Part shown: positions 28,269 through 38,303 of the stretch, one piece after another
How positions within the stretch are numbered: the first letter of the stretch is position 1
How the letters are laid out: the number at the start of each line of letters is the position of its first letter
Assembly: GCA_040222015.1 (NCBI GenBank)
Contig: JAVJWO010000195.1
Location: 1 to 64,000 of the forward strand
Direction: 5' to 3'
Origin: Coleofasciculus chthonoplastes F2-STO-03
GTDB lineage: Bacteria > Cyanobacteriota > Cyanobacteriia > Cyanobacteriales > Coleofasciculaceae
DNA length: 64,000 bases
The notes under the pieces: model-generated
Databases searched by the model: none
Seen by the model: only the letters and a program-made list of their open reading frames with translations
What the model was told of the DNA's origin: nothing
Position numbers and translations under genes: made by a program

Positions 28269-31200
28269 ATGTCTTTCCATATCTCCGCTTGGTCAATTAA
28301 AAAACCTGTTCCGACTATCGTCTTGTTCCTGATTTTGGGCATCTTTGGTTTGGTGTCCTTTTTTCGATTAGGAATTGACAGTAATCCGAATATCGATATT
28401 CCCGCCGTGATGGTAACAGTTACCCAACCCGGTGCGGGACCCACAGAATTAGAAACCCAAGTCACCAAGAAAATAGAAGATTCAGTGGCGGGGTTGGGAA
28501 ATATTGATGAACTCACCTCCACGGTGACGGAAGGGAGTTCCACGACTACCGTTAGTTTTGTCCTGGGAACGGATAGCGATCGCGCCACGAATGAGGTGCG
28601 GAATGCGGTTGCCCAAATTCGTCAGGATTTACCCCAGGATGTGAATGAACCGATTGTCAAGCGCCTAGAGTTTGCAGGCGGTTCGATTATGACCTACGCG
28701 GTGGCGTCTGAGACGCGATCGGTTGAACAATTAAGCGATTTAGTCGATCGCACAATTAGCCGCGCCCTGCTGAATGTACCTGGCGTGGCTCAAATTGACC
28801 GTTTGGGGGGTGTGGATCGGGAGATTCGGGTTGATCTTGATCCGAGTCGTTTACAAGCTTATGGGATTACCGCCACCCAAGTGAATGATCAAATTCGGAA
28901 TTTGAATATTGACTTACCCGGAGGGCGGGGAAATGTCGGCGGAAGTGAGCAAAATATCCGAACTTTGGGAAGTGCAGAAACGGTTGCGGAATTACGAAGT
29001 TATCGGATTGTTCTGCCCAATGGTGCAACGGTTCCCTTATCTAGTTTAGGAGAAGTAGAGGATAGTTTTGCTGAACAGCGACAGGCGGCGTCTTTAAATG
29101 GCGAATCCGTGGTAGCATTTTCGGTGCGGCGGAGTACGGGTAGCACCTTAGTCACCGTAGAAGAAGGGGTGCGCGAAGCTGTTTCAGAATTGGAAAAAAC
29201 CCTACCAGACGATGTGACTCTGGCACTCATTTTTACTCGTGCTGATGCGATTCGGGATTCCTATCAAGCCACGATTGATGCCTTAGTTTTAGCCTGTATT
29301 TTAACAGTGATTGCCGTCGGATTGTTTTTGCGGGATTGGCGAGTCACTCTAATTACGGCAACGGCGTTACCCCTATCGATTATTCCCACCTTTGGGGTGA
29401 TGAAACTCTTAGGTTATACCTTAAACGGGATGACGTTATTGGCGTTAGCCTTAGCGGTGGGTAATTTGGTTGATGATGCGATTTGTATGATTGAAAACAT
29501 TGACCAACATTTAGATATGGGTAAAAAGCCCTTTAACGCGGCATTGGATGCTTCACGGGAAATTGGGTTAGCCGTGGTGGCGACAACAGCCACCATTGTG
29601 GCGGTGTTTATTCCGGTGGCGTTTATGGGGGGTATACCGGGTCAATTTTTCCAACCCTTTGGTGTCACAGTGGCGGTGTCTACGATGTTTTCCACATTGG
29701 TGGCTTGTACGATGACACCGATGTTGAGTGCCTATTTGCTTAAATCTAAAAGAAACCGGGAACCGGGAACCAGAAAAAAACGAATTCACCCTTACCGCAA
29801 TCTACTCACTTGGGCATTACGTCATCGGATTACCACCCTATTAATTGCGTTGGCTTTCTTTATCGGTAGTTTACAACTGGTGCCATTAATTCCCAAGGGT
29901 TTATTTGATAGTGGGGATACGGGGTTGAGTACAGTGATGGTTGAACTACCACCCGGATCAACCTTGAGTGAAACTGAAGCGATTATGCAACAACTCAACC
30001 AATCGTTGCAAGAAAATCCGGCGGTTGAGAAGGTTTTTACTACGGCGGATAATATCAATTCGGGTACAGTCTACGCCAACCTGTTACCCAAAGATGAACG
30101 GGAGGTTTCTCAGCAGGAATTTGAACAAGAGATGCGCCAGGTGTTCCGGACAATTCCGGGGGCGCGGATTAGTTTCCAAAGTCAAGGGGCTGGGGGAGGC
30201 GGTAAGGATTTATCGATTGTGCTTAAGAGTGAAAATGCCCCAGTGTTGACGCAAACGGCAGAAACTTTGGAAAAGCAGATGCGGGATATTCCAGGATTGG
30301 TGGAAGTTACCTCCAGTACCAGTTTAGTTAAGCCGGAAATTGTGATTCAGCCTGATCCAGAACGGGCGGCAGATTTGGGCGTTTCTGTAGGCGCGATCGC
30401 ACGAACGGCATCTTTGGCGTTAATTGGGGATAATGAGTCGAATCTGGCGAAGTTTGATTTAGCGGATCGGCAGATTCCGATTCGGATACAACTTGATCCA
30501 GACACTCGCACTGATATTAGTACCCTGAAAAATTTACAGGTTCCCAGTCAAAGCGGAACTCTGGTTCCGATTAGTGCAGTGGCGGATATCCGTTTGGGAA
30601 GTGGTCCAGCGCAAATTGACCGTTTTGATCGCAATCGTCAGGTATCGGTGGAAGCGAATTTAGAAGGAATTTCTCTGGGAGATGCTTTAGAAACGGTTAA
30701 AGCATTACCTGCGATGAATCCCCTCCCGCCCGATGTCGCTGAGGAACCGGCTGGTGATGCCAAGATTATGCAGGATATTTTTACCCGGTTTGCAACTGCA
30801 TTAGGGGCGGCGATTCTGTCGATTTATGCGATTCTCGTCTTACTTTATAGCAATTTCTTGTATCCGTTTGGGATTTTAGTCGCTTTGCCTTTATCCATTG
30901 GTGGGGCGTTACTGGGGTTGTTAGTGATGCAGAAGGAGTTGGGCTTGTTTGCCCTAATTGGCATTGTTTTGCTGATGGGATTGGTGACAAAAAATGCGAT
31001 TTTATTAGTAGACTTTGGATTGGCGGGGATAAAAGAAGGAAAACCCCAATATAAGGCAGTTGTTGAGGCGGGGGTGTCTCGGTTACGCCCAATTCTGATG
31101 ACATCGGTGTCTACAATTGCCGGGATGATGCCCATTGCCTTAGAGTTAGGGGCGGATGGTGAGGTACGCAGCCCTATGGCGATCGCGGTAATTGGTGGGT

Positions 31201-31319
31201 TTACGACTTCAACCTTGTTAACCTTGGTGGTGGTTCCCGTGTTATTTACTTATGTGGATAACTTATATCGCTGGATTCGCGGATTATTTGGGGGAAAGAA
31301 AAAGCAGGTTCAGTTATAA
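28269..31319 (+). CDS. RND efflux permease (AcrB/AcrD/AcrF family)
   Basis: SAWSIKKPVP, LVDDAI..IENI, AFMGGIPGQFF, GLVTKNAILLVD, RLRPILMTS. Confidence 0.95.
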   Translation: MSFHISAWSIKKPVPTIVLFLILGIFGLVSFFRLGIDSNPNIDIPAVMVTVTQPGAGPTELETQVTKKIEDSVAGLGNIDELTSTVTEGSSTTTVSFVLGTDSDRATNEVRNAVAQIRQDLPQDVNEPIVKRLEFAGGSIMTYAVASETRSVEQLSDLVDRTISRALLNVPGVAQIDRLGGVDREIRVDLDPSRLQAYGITATQVNDQIRNLNIDLPGGRGNVGGSEQNIRTLGSAETVAELRSYRIVLPNGATVPLSSLGEVEDSFAEQRQAASLNGESVVAFSVRRSTGSTLVTVEEGVREAVSELEKTLPDDVTLALIFTRADAIRDSYQATIDALVLACILTVIAVGLFLRDWRVTLITATALPLSIIPTFGVMKLLGYTLNGMTLLALALAVGNLVDDAICMIENIDQHLDMGKKPFNAALDASREIGLAVVATTATIVAVFIPVAFMGGIPGQFFQPFGVTVAVSTMFSTLVACTMTPMLSAYLLKSKRNREPGTRKKRIHPYRNLLTWALRHRITTLLIALAFFIGSLQLVPLIPKGLFDSGDTGLSTVMVELPPGSTLSETEAIMQQLNQSLQENPAVEKVFTTADNINSGTVYANLLPKDEREVSQQEFEQEMRQVFRTIPGARISFQSQGAGGGGKDLSIVLKSENAPVLTQTAETLEKQMRDIPGLVEVTSSTSLVKPEIVIQPDPERAADLGVSVGAIARTASLALIGDNESNLAKFDLADRQIPIRIQLDPDTRTDISTLKNLQVPSQSGTLVPISAVADIRLGSGPAQIDRFDRNRQVSVEANLEGISLGDALETVKALPAMNPLPPDVAEEPAGDAKIMQDIFTRFATALGAAILSIYAILVLLYSNFLYPFGILVALPLSIGGALLGLLVMQKELGLFALIGIVLLMGLVTKNAILLVDFGLAGIKEGKPQYKAVVEAGVSRLRPILMTSVSTIAGMMPIALELGADGEVRSPMAIAVIGGFTTSTLLTLVVVPVLFTYVDNLYRWIRGLFGGKKKQVQL

Positions 31320-31386
31320 CTAGAGTTTATCTGGGAACACTTGACGCTATTGTCAGATTATTCTGCGATCGCTATTCCTCTAATCG

Positions 31387-32607
31387 CTAATTTACTGGAT
31401 ATTTCTGGGCTTTTTTGTCCAGTGTTAGGCGGATAGCGGGATAGGGAAATAATTCGCGAAATCCCCGCCTTCGCTGTTGCGGAGACTCCGGAGTCAAATA
31501 ACTCCACAGGGTTTCCCAATAAAAAAAGGATACACCATCAAAGGCGCGATCGCGAACCGCTTCAACTTGGGCTTGAATTTGTGCAAAGGGAATCGGATCA
31601 CCTAAGGTTCCCGTTAAAATGCCAATACTTACCGGAATAGTTCGCCGCGCCATGCGTACTGCGGGTTGATTAAGTTCGGCGGTAAAACGACTCAACTCAT
31701 CCCGATAAACCTGTAACACTAATTCATCAACCCAACCCCGTTGTACCCAGGTTTGCCAGTCTTGTAGATAATGTTGATAAGCAAAGGCTTGGGGATTAGG
31801 TGAAAGCGAGATGATACAATCGGGTTTAATTGATTTAACCGTCTGGACAATCTCTCCCATAAACTCGCTAATCTTATTCGCCCGCCAGCGCATCCATTCA
31901 CTATTTAACGGCGAATTCGGGGGAGGATTCCCATAATGTTCTTGCTGATAACGCTCAATGGTATAAGGATCATAACCCAATTCCACAGGCATGCCAAAGT
32001 GATCATCCAACTGAATCCCATCCACATCATATTGGCTGACTACTTCCTTAATTAGCTCAAGAATCAGCCTTTGTACCTCTGGATGCAACGGATTTAGCCA
32101 TAAGAGTTGGGGATTCTCCGGATCAGATTTTTGAGTTAAACTCTGAGTTATCCAGGTGGGATGACGCCGCGCTAATTCCGAATAAATCGGTGTCATAAAT
32201 CCATACTCAAACCACGGAATAACCCGTAACCCTTGGCGATGTCCCTGCTGTATAATATCTGCCAAGACATCTCCATTGAGGCGCATAATTGCCAGCAAAG
32301 GTTCTTGTGTCGCCACCGCACTCGGATAAAACGTATGTCCCCGATTCCAAACCACCGGATAAACCGTGTTAAAGTTCAGTTTAGACAATTGCGCGATCGC
32401 TCGGTTAATTCCCCACGGCGAAAATAATACACCACTGGCGACATTTGTCAACCAAACGCCTCTAATTTCTGTAATTTTTCTTGGCGTTTGGGAACGCGCC
32501 AAAGATGGGGAAAATACAATCGATTTAGCAATCAGTAGGACAATAGTTAATAACAGCCCCAATACGAGAAAAACCCTGAATCTACGTTGACGTTTATCAT
32601 TCGTCAT
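31387..32607 (-). CDS. Glycoside hydrolase family 10-like (DUF187/GHL10) protein
   Basis: EIRGVWLTNV, FNTVYPVVWNRG, IPWFEYG, WLNPLHPEVQ, YDVDGIQLDDHF, LQDW. Confidence 0.9.
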   Translation of the reverse strand: MTNDKRQRRFRVFLVLGLLLTIVLLIAKSIVFSPSLARSQTPRKITEIRGVWLTNVASGVLFSPWGINRAIAQLSKLNFNTVYPVVWNRGHTFYPSAVATQEPLLAIMRLNGDVLADIIQQGHRQGLRVIPWFEYGFMTPIYSELARRHPTWITQSLTQKSDPENPQLLWLNPLHPEVQRLILELIKEVVSQYDVDGIQLDDHFGMPVELGYDPYTIERYQQEHYGNPPPNSPLNSEWMRWRANKISEFMGEIVQTVKSIKPDCIISLSPNPQAFAYQHYLQDWQTWVQRGWVDELVLQVYRDELSRFTAELNQPAVRMARRTIPVSIGILTGTLGDPIPFAQIQAQVEAVRDRAFDGVSFFYWETLWSYLTPESPQQRRRGFRELFPYPAIRLTLDKKAQKYPVN

Positions 32608-32706
32608 TCGTCATTTGTTTATGTCTTATGTCAATGCATTAACATTACATCCAGAAACCGTAGGGGCGCACGCTCCGTGCGCCCGATTCTAGGGTATCAA
32701 TTTTCG

Positions 32707-33606
32707 TCACACAGCCGTTGAATAAACAAATTGGTTGTTGGCTGGAAATCCAACGCCTTGGTTACTGACTGGAAATCCTCCCCCATGACTCCCCTGCATC
32801 TCGTTAATATCTAAACCATAGAGTTTTGCACCTTCCAAATTGGCATCTAGTAACTCAGTTTTTCTGAGAATTGCCCAGGTTAGATTTGCATTCTCCAGAT
32901 TCGCATTCTCCAGATTCGCGCCCGTCAAATCTGCGCCTTGGAGATTTGCCCAATCCAGTTTAGCGGATTCTAAATTCGCCGCAATCAAACTTGCGCCTTC
33001 TAAATTCGCCCGACTCAATCTCGCGCCACTAAAATTAACCCCTTCTAAATCAGCGCCCGCTAAATCTAAATCTTTTAACCAGGCGTAGCTGAGATTGACA
33101 AAACTCAGTGCTGACCCATAAACCCTAGCACCAATCAGCCTTGCTTCCGATAAATTCGCCCATTTAAAATTCACGCCCGTTAAATTTGCATCCCGCAAAT
33201 TCACCCGTTCTAACTGCGCTCCGCAAAGATTTGCACCCCATAAGTTAGCCCGTCGGAGGTTTGTACCATTCAATATTGCTCCACTGAGTTTAGCACCGGT
33301 GAGCTTTGATTTGACCATAAAAGCACCACTCATATTCGCTTTAGTCAAATCAGCGTCAACCAGTTTGGCATCGCTCATTTTAACGTAATTAAGATTCGTC
33401 CAATTCATCTGAGCGCCACTCAAATCAGATTTGAGTAAAAATGCTCGCGTCAAATCAGCGCCTCTGAGATTCGCCCCCGTTAGGTTAACTCCGATTAACA
33501 TAACTCCCCTGAGGTTAACCCCACTGAGGTCAATCCCGGTGAATTCTCGATTTCCTTGTTCGTACAGTTTGAGAAGTTGTCTAACGTTCATAGCTACAAC
33601 GTCCAC
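32707..33606 (-). CDS. Pentapeptide repeat protein
   Basis: LLKLYEQGNREF followed by continuous A(D/N)LxX repeats. Confidence 0.93.
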   Translation of the reverse strand: MDVVAMNVRQLLKLYEQGNREFTGIDLSGVNLRGVMLIGVNLTGANLRGADLTRAFLLKSDLSGAQMNWTNLNYVKMSDAKLVDADLTKANMSGAFMVKSKLTGAKLSGAILNGTNLRRANLWGANLCGAQLERVNLRDANLTGVNFKWANLSEARLIGARVYGSALSFVNLSYAWLKDLDLAGADLEGVNFSGARLSRANLEGASLIAANLESAKLDWANLQGADLTGANLENANLENANLTWAILRKTELLDANLEGAKLYGLDINEMQGSHGGGFPVSNQGVGFPANNQFVYSTAV

Positions 33607-34018
33607 TAAGTATTTATGATTGGGGCAAAGTTGAATGGATTGATAATTTTAAGGGGATTCTCTTTCTACTTTAATCCTAATAGTTAATGAATAAACCTTC
33701 TTTGAAAAAATTTACGTTTATACCCAACGTCCTTAAACTGTAGTATAATCCATTCTTTATCTCTGAGTCAGTCAATCTGACTTTACTAATAAATATTATA
33801 CTGCTATGCGATTGCCATTTCGCCCAAATCGCTGCCTTCTTTATCAAGCTTAAAGAAAATGTTAAGTAACATTAAATATCCACACTGTACCCCTAATAAT
33901 TCAGATTACACTGAAATACTTGTCATACACCCTATAACATTTAAATTTGCCATTAATGGGTTGATATAGTGATGATTATAAAAAACTAGATAATTGTACG
34001 ACAAATGACGACTGATTT

Positions 34019-35164
34019 TTACGTCAGGGTGCGAATTTGACCCGCTTGAACAGAAAGAATTTGCGAGGAGTTCAACCACTGAGAATCAAATGCGCCTAAG
34101 TGAGTGGTTGTAATCAGGGTTTGAAACCGATCTTGAATCGCATCCAAAAGCTGATTTTGGCGGTTAGGATCAAGTTCTGCTAAAACATCATCCAGTAATA
34201 ACAGGGGCGGTTCACCCACAACTTCTTCTATTAGTTTTAACTCTGCCAATTTTAGTGCCAAAACCAACGTCCGTTGTTGTCCTTGAGAACCATAGGAACG
34301 GGCAGGTGTTTGGTTAATTGTAAATTCCACATCATCTCGGTGTGGACCAACCAGAGTTATCCCCTGACGCTGTTCGGGAAAACGACGATGGTGGAGTTTA
34401 TCTAAAAATGCCTGTTGAACAGCTTCTGGGTCATCCTTCTCTAGGTTGACATTTGGCGCGTAGGTCACTTCCAGTAACTCTGTTTTACCACTAATACTAC
34501 TATGCCAAGATTTAGCAAGTGGTGCTAATCGTTGCAACACTCTAGCACGACGCCGAGTCACACGCGACCCGGCTGTTGCCAGTTGTGCATCCCAAAGAGC
34601 CAGTTCTGTCTGGGGTTGTTTCGATACTACCCCCTCTGTCCTCTCTTCCTCCTGCTTCCGGATGGTTTTGAGCAAGGCGTTGCGCTGGCGCAAGACTTGA
34701 TTATATTGCTGCAAAATATAAGCATAAATCGGTTCAAGTTGGGTGAGAATAGAATCCAGCCAATTCCGGCGTCGTTCTGGACTTCCGCGCACTAAATCCA
34801 AATCCAGACTGGAAAACTGTACCGCATTCAAAATCCCCAAAAAATCAAGCTGGCGACGTAAGGATTCGCGATTTAGAGCAACAGTCCGACGTCCCTGACT
34901 GCGAAGCGTTAAACTTAGCTCAATAGAACCATAAGCCCGTTCCAAGATAGCCTGAATCTGACCCATAGAGGCATCCTCCAACACCAATTCGCGATCGCGT
35001 CCTGACCGATGAGTTTTCAGCGTTGAGAGTAATTCTACCGCTTCTAGCAGATTAGACTTTCCCTGAGCATTATTTCCCACCAAAATCGTTTTCGGTGCCT
35101 CAAAATTAACCAAGCAATCCCGATAATTCCGAAACTGGCGCAACTTTAAGCGTTTTAAGTACAT
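34019..35164 (-). CDS. recF: DNA replication/repair protein RecF
   Basis: FRNY, GNNAQGKSNLLEA, QRNALL, GPHRDD, GSQGQQR, LLLDDVLAELD. Confidence 0.96.
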   Translation of the reverse strand: MYLKRLKLRQFRNYRDCLVNFEAPKTILVGNNAQGKSNLLEAVELLSTLKTHRSGRDRELVLEDASMGQIQAILERAYGSIELSLTLRSQGRRTVALNRESLRRQLDFLGILNAVQFSSLDLDLVRGSPERRRNWLDSILTQLEPIYAYILQQYNQVLRQRNALLKTIRKQEEERTEGVVSKQPQTELALWDAQLATAGSRVTRRRARVLQRLAPLAKSWHSSISGKTELLEVTYAPNVNLEKDDPEAVQQAFLDKLHHRRFPEQRQGITLVGPHRDDVEFTINQTPARSYGSQGQQRTLVLALKLAELKLIEEVVGEPPLLLLDDVLAELDPNRQNQLLDAIQDRFQTLITTTHLGAFDSQWLNSSQILSVQAGQIRTLT

Positions 35165-35325
35165 TGGTCATTCGTCATTGGTCATTCGTCATTGGTCATT
35201 TGTCAGAGTTTGAGGACTATTTACGGTACGTAATACTTGGGGATTTATTTTCACAAACTAACTAAGTGTTAAATCACCTGATAACTCCCCCATCTACCGA
35301 TTCATGCCTAATGACAAATGAGAAA

Positions 35326-38169
35326 TTACCGATTTTTATACCAACGAATAAACAGTTTTTCCAACTCAACCCAAACAAACAATGACGTACTAAATCCTAA
35401 ACAAATCAGCAATTCAGTAAGCGTGAGCGGTTCTGTACCAAAGAAATTTTGTAAAAATGGCACATAAACCAATGCTAATTGTAAGATAGTCGTGACCGTG
35501 ACTGCCCAGATTAAATAGGGATTCGAGAACGGATTTATCTCAACAGTTAAACGAGTATTGGAACGAACCGCGATCGCGTGTCCCATCTGAGCCACACATA
35601 ATGTAGTAAAGACCATCGTTTTCCAGTGGAGTGGAAAATAGTCAAACGCCAACGCCATTAACGTAATCGTGACAATGGCGAAAATAATCCCAATGCGAAC
35701 CATATAGGCTCCTAATCCCCTAGCAAAAATACTCTCACGGGGACTAAAGGGAGGACGCTTCATTACATCCGGTTCAGCCGGTTCTACTGCTAAGGCTAGG
35801 GCGGGTAAACCGTCGGTAACTAAGTTCATCCAGAGAATTTGTAACGGCGACAGGGGAACATCCGGGAGTCCCATAATCGGTGCAGCGGCAATGGTTAACA
35901 CCTCACCAATATTACTGCCCAAGATATAGCGAATAAAGCGGCGGATATTATCATACACCGTGCGACCTTCTTCAGTCGCAGCAACAATCGTGGCAAAGTT
36001 ATCATCCAGCAGTACCATATCACTGGCTTCTTTACTCACATCGGTTCCGGTAATCCCCATGGCAATGCCGATATCTGCTTGTTTCAAGGCGGGAGCATCA
36101 TTCACCCCATCACCCGTCATTGCCACGAATTCACCTTGACGCTGAAGCCCTTGTACAATCCGCAGCTTATGTTCCGGAGAAACACGAGCATAAACGCTCA
36201 CCTCTTCCACCTGTTTGTCAAGATCAGATTGTCCAAGCTTTTGTAACTCCTGACCCGTGAGAACCCGATCATGTTGATCCGCAATACCCAAAGCATGAGC
36301 GATCGCGCGAGCCGTAAGCTGATGATCGCCTGTAATCATCACCGGGCGGATACCCGCATTCCGACAGCGGCGCACAGCATCCAAAACTTCTGGACGAGGG
36401 GCATCTAACATCCCCACCAGTCCTAACCACACTAATCCTTGCTCTGTCGCTTCATGCGCCTCTACCCCGTCATCAGGTGCAGCATCTAGAGGCTTATAGG
36501 CAAACCCCAAAACCCGCAATCCCGCCCCAGCCATTTGATTATTGTGCCGCAGAATTTCCGTTCGTTGCTCATCGGTCAACACCTCAGTGCGATCGCCCGC
36601 CTGCAAAGAATGGCAACGCTCCAAGACTAACTCAGGGGAACCCTTGGTAAACATCAGGTAGGTTCCTTGTCCATCATTGGTTACCCCTGAGCCATTTGAC
36701 CCTTGACATATTACACTCATGCGCTTCCGCTCTGAGGAAAAGGGAATTTCACCGACCCGAGGAAACTGACGCCGCAACGGTTCTTTATCCACACCGCCTT
36801 TACCGGCGAGGGTAATTAATGCTCCTTCAGTGGGGTCTCCTAAAATTAACCAATCCTCCTGTTCATACTGCAAGACGGCATCATTACAGAGGGCACACCC
36901 TTGAAGTAAGACCTGTAATTCGGGATACTCTTGGGCAGAAACCCCTGTCTCGGCGATGAGAAACTCCCCGTTAGGCGCATAGCCTTCGCCCGTAACTTGG
37001 AACGTGTGGTGGGGCGTGATTACCCATTGCACGACCATCTTATTTTGAGTCAGAGTCCCAGTTTTATCTGAACAGATCGTCGTCACACTGCCTAAGGTTT
37101 CCACAGCCGGAAGTTTCCGGATCAGAGCATGGCGACGCACCATGCGTTGAGTTCCCAGTGCCAAGGTTACAGTAATCACCGCAGGTAAGCCTTCTGGCAC
37201 TACCGCTACCGCCATACTGAGAGACACTTCCACCAGTTGTTGCAGAACACCTAAATCGCCGCCACTTTTAATCAAGCCACCAACAACAACCAGCACCACC
37301 AGGATCAGAGAACCACTGACTAAGACATTCCCCAATTGGGTCATCCGCTGTTGCAGGGGTGTCGGTTCACTTTCCACCCCTTGCAACATTTCGGCGATGC
37401 GTCCCAATTCCGTCTTCATCCCTGTGGCTGCAACCAGGACGGTTCCTCGACCTTGAACCACTTCAGTTCCCTGAAACACTAAATTAATGCGATCGCCTAA
37501 GGGGGTATCCTCAGCTAAGGTGACAGCGGCCTCCTTATTCACCGCGTTCGCTTCTCCAGTTAACGCGGATTCCCGGATCTGGAGGTTTGATTCCTCAATT
37601 AACCGTCCATCTGCCGCAACTTGCACACCTGCTTCTAGGAGCATAATGTCTCCAGGGACAAGCTGTTTGCTATCCACCTCCATAGGTTTACCCTCGCGGA
37701 GGACACGGACTTTAGGAGAGGCGAGGTTTTTCAGGGCGGCGAGGGCTTTTTCAGCACGACTTTCTTGGAGATAGCCCAAGACACCGTTAAGAATAACGAT
37801 TAATAGAATCGCGATCGTATCCTTAAACGGAACTTGACCCGCCTCTAACCCGCCTTGTCGCCAATCGATCAGGTCGATGACTCCGGAGATGATTGCCACC
37901 ACAATCAGCATGATTAGCATGATATTGGTGAACTGCTCCAGAAGAATCGCCCAAGAACTGCGACCAGCAGTTTCTTCGAGTTCATTCAATCCGTAGTATT
38001 GCGATCGCAGGCTGATTTGTTCAGAGTTCAAACCCGTCTGCGAATTGCTCTCCAGTTGAGCAAGCGACTCGTCTATGGATTGGGTATGCCATGCATTTAA
38101 AGGATCAGGCAGCGAATGGGAAGGATGAGATGAAGTCACGGGGCAGGTTTGCATAAACACGATACCCAA
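35326..38169 (-). CDS. Cation-transporting P-type ATPase (P2A, PacL-like Ca2+ ATPase)
   Basis: [47 protein letters not shown] at 38154 is an alternative start. Confidence 0.93.
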   Translation of the reverse strand: MGIVFMQTCPVTSSHPSHSLPDPLNAWHTQSIDESLAQLESNSQTGLNSEQISLRSQYYGLNELEETAGRSSWAILLEQFTNIMLIMLIVVAIISGVIDLIDWRQGGLEAGQVPFKDTIAILLIVILNGVLGYLQESRAEKALAALKNLASPKVRVLREGKPMEVDSKQLVPGDIMLLEAGVQVAADGRLIEESNLQIRESALTGEANAVNKEAAVTLAEDTPLGDRINLVFQGTEVVQGRGTVLVAATGMKTELGRIAEMLQGVESEPTPLQQRMTQLGNVLVSGSLILVVLVVVGGLIKSGGDLGVLQQLVEVSLSMAVAVVPEGLPAVITVTLALGTQRMVRRHALIRKLPAVETLGSVTTICSDKTGTLTQNKMVVQWVITPHHTFQVTGEGYAPNGEFLIAETGVSAQEYPELQVLLQGCALCNDAVLQYEQEDWLILGDPTEGALITLAGKGGVDKEPLRRQFPRVGEIPFSSERKRMSVICQGSNGSGVTNDGQGTYLMFTKGSPELVLERCHSLQAGDRTEVLTDEQRTEILRHNNQMAGAGLRVLGFAYKPLDAAPDDGVEAHEATEQGLVWLGLVGMLDAPRPEVLDAVRRCRNAGIRPVMITGDHQLTARAIAHALGIADQHDRVLTGQELQKLGQSDLDKQVEEVSVYARVSPEHKLRIVQGLQRQGEFVAMTGDGVNDAPALKQADIGIAMGITGTDVSKEASDMVLLDDNFATIVAATEEGRTVYDNIRRFIRYILGSNIGEVLTIAAAPIMGLPDVPLSPLQILWMNLVTDGLPALALAVEPAEPDVMKRPPFSPRESIFARGLGAYMVRIGIIFAIVTITLMALAFDYFPLHWKTMVFTTLCVAQMGHAIAVRSNTRLTVEINPFSNPYLIWAVTVTTILQLALVYVPFLQNFFGTEPLTLTELLICLGFSTSLFVWVELEKLFIRWYKNR

Positions 38170-38303
38170 TCAATCATAGTCTTTTCAGACAACAACTGTA
38201 ATTTGTCATTGGTCTTATGTCATTCGTCATTGGTCATTCGTCAGGGAACAGTGAACAGGATCAGGTAGTAGAGACGTAGCATGCTACGTCTCTACACCCC
38301 CGC

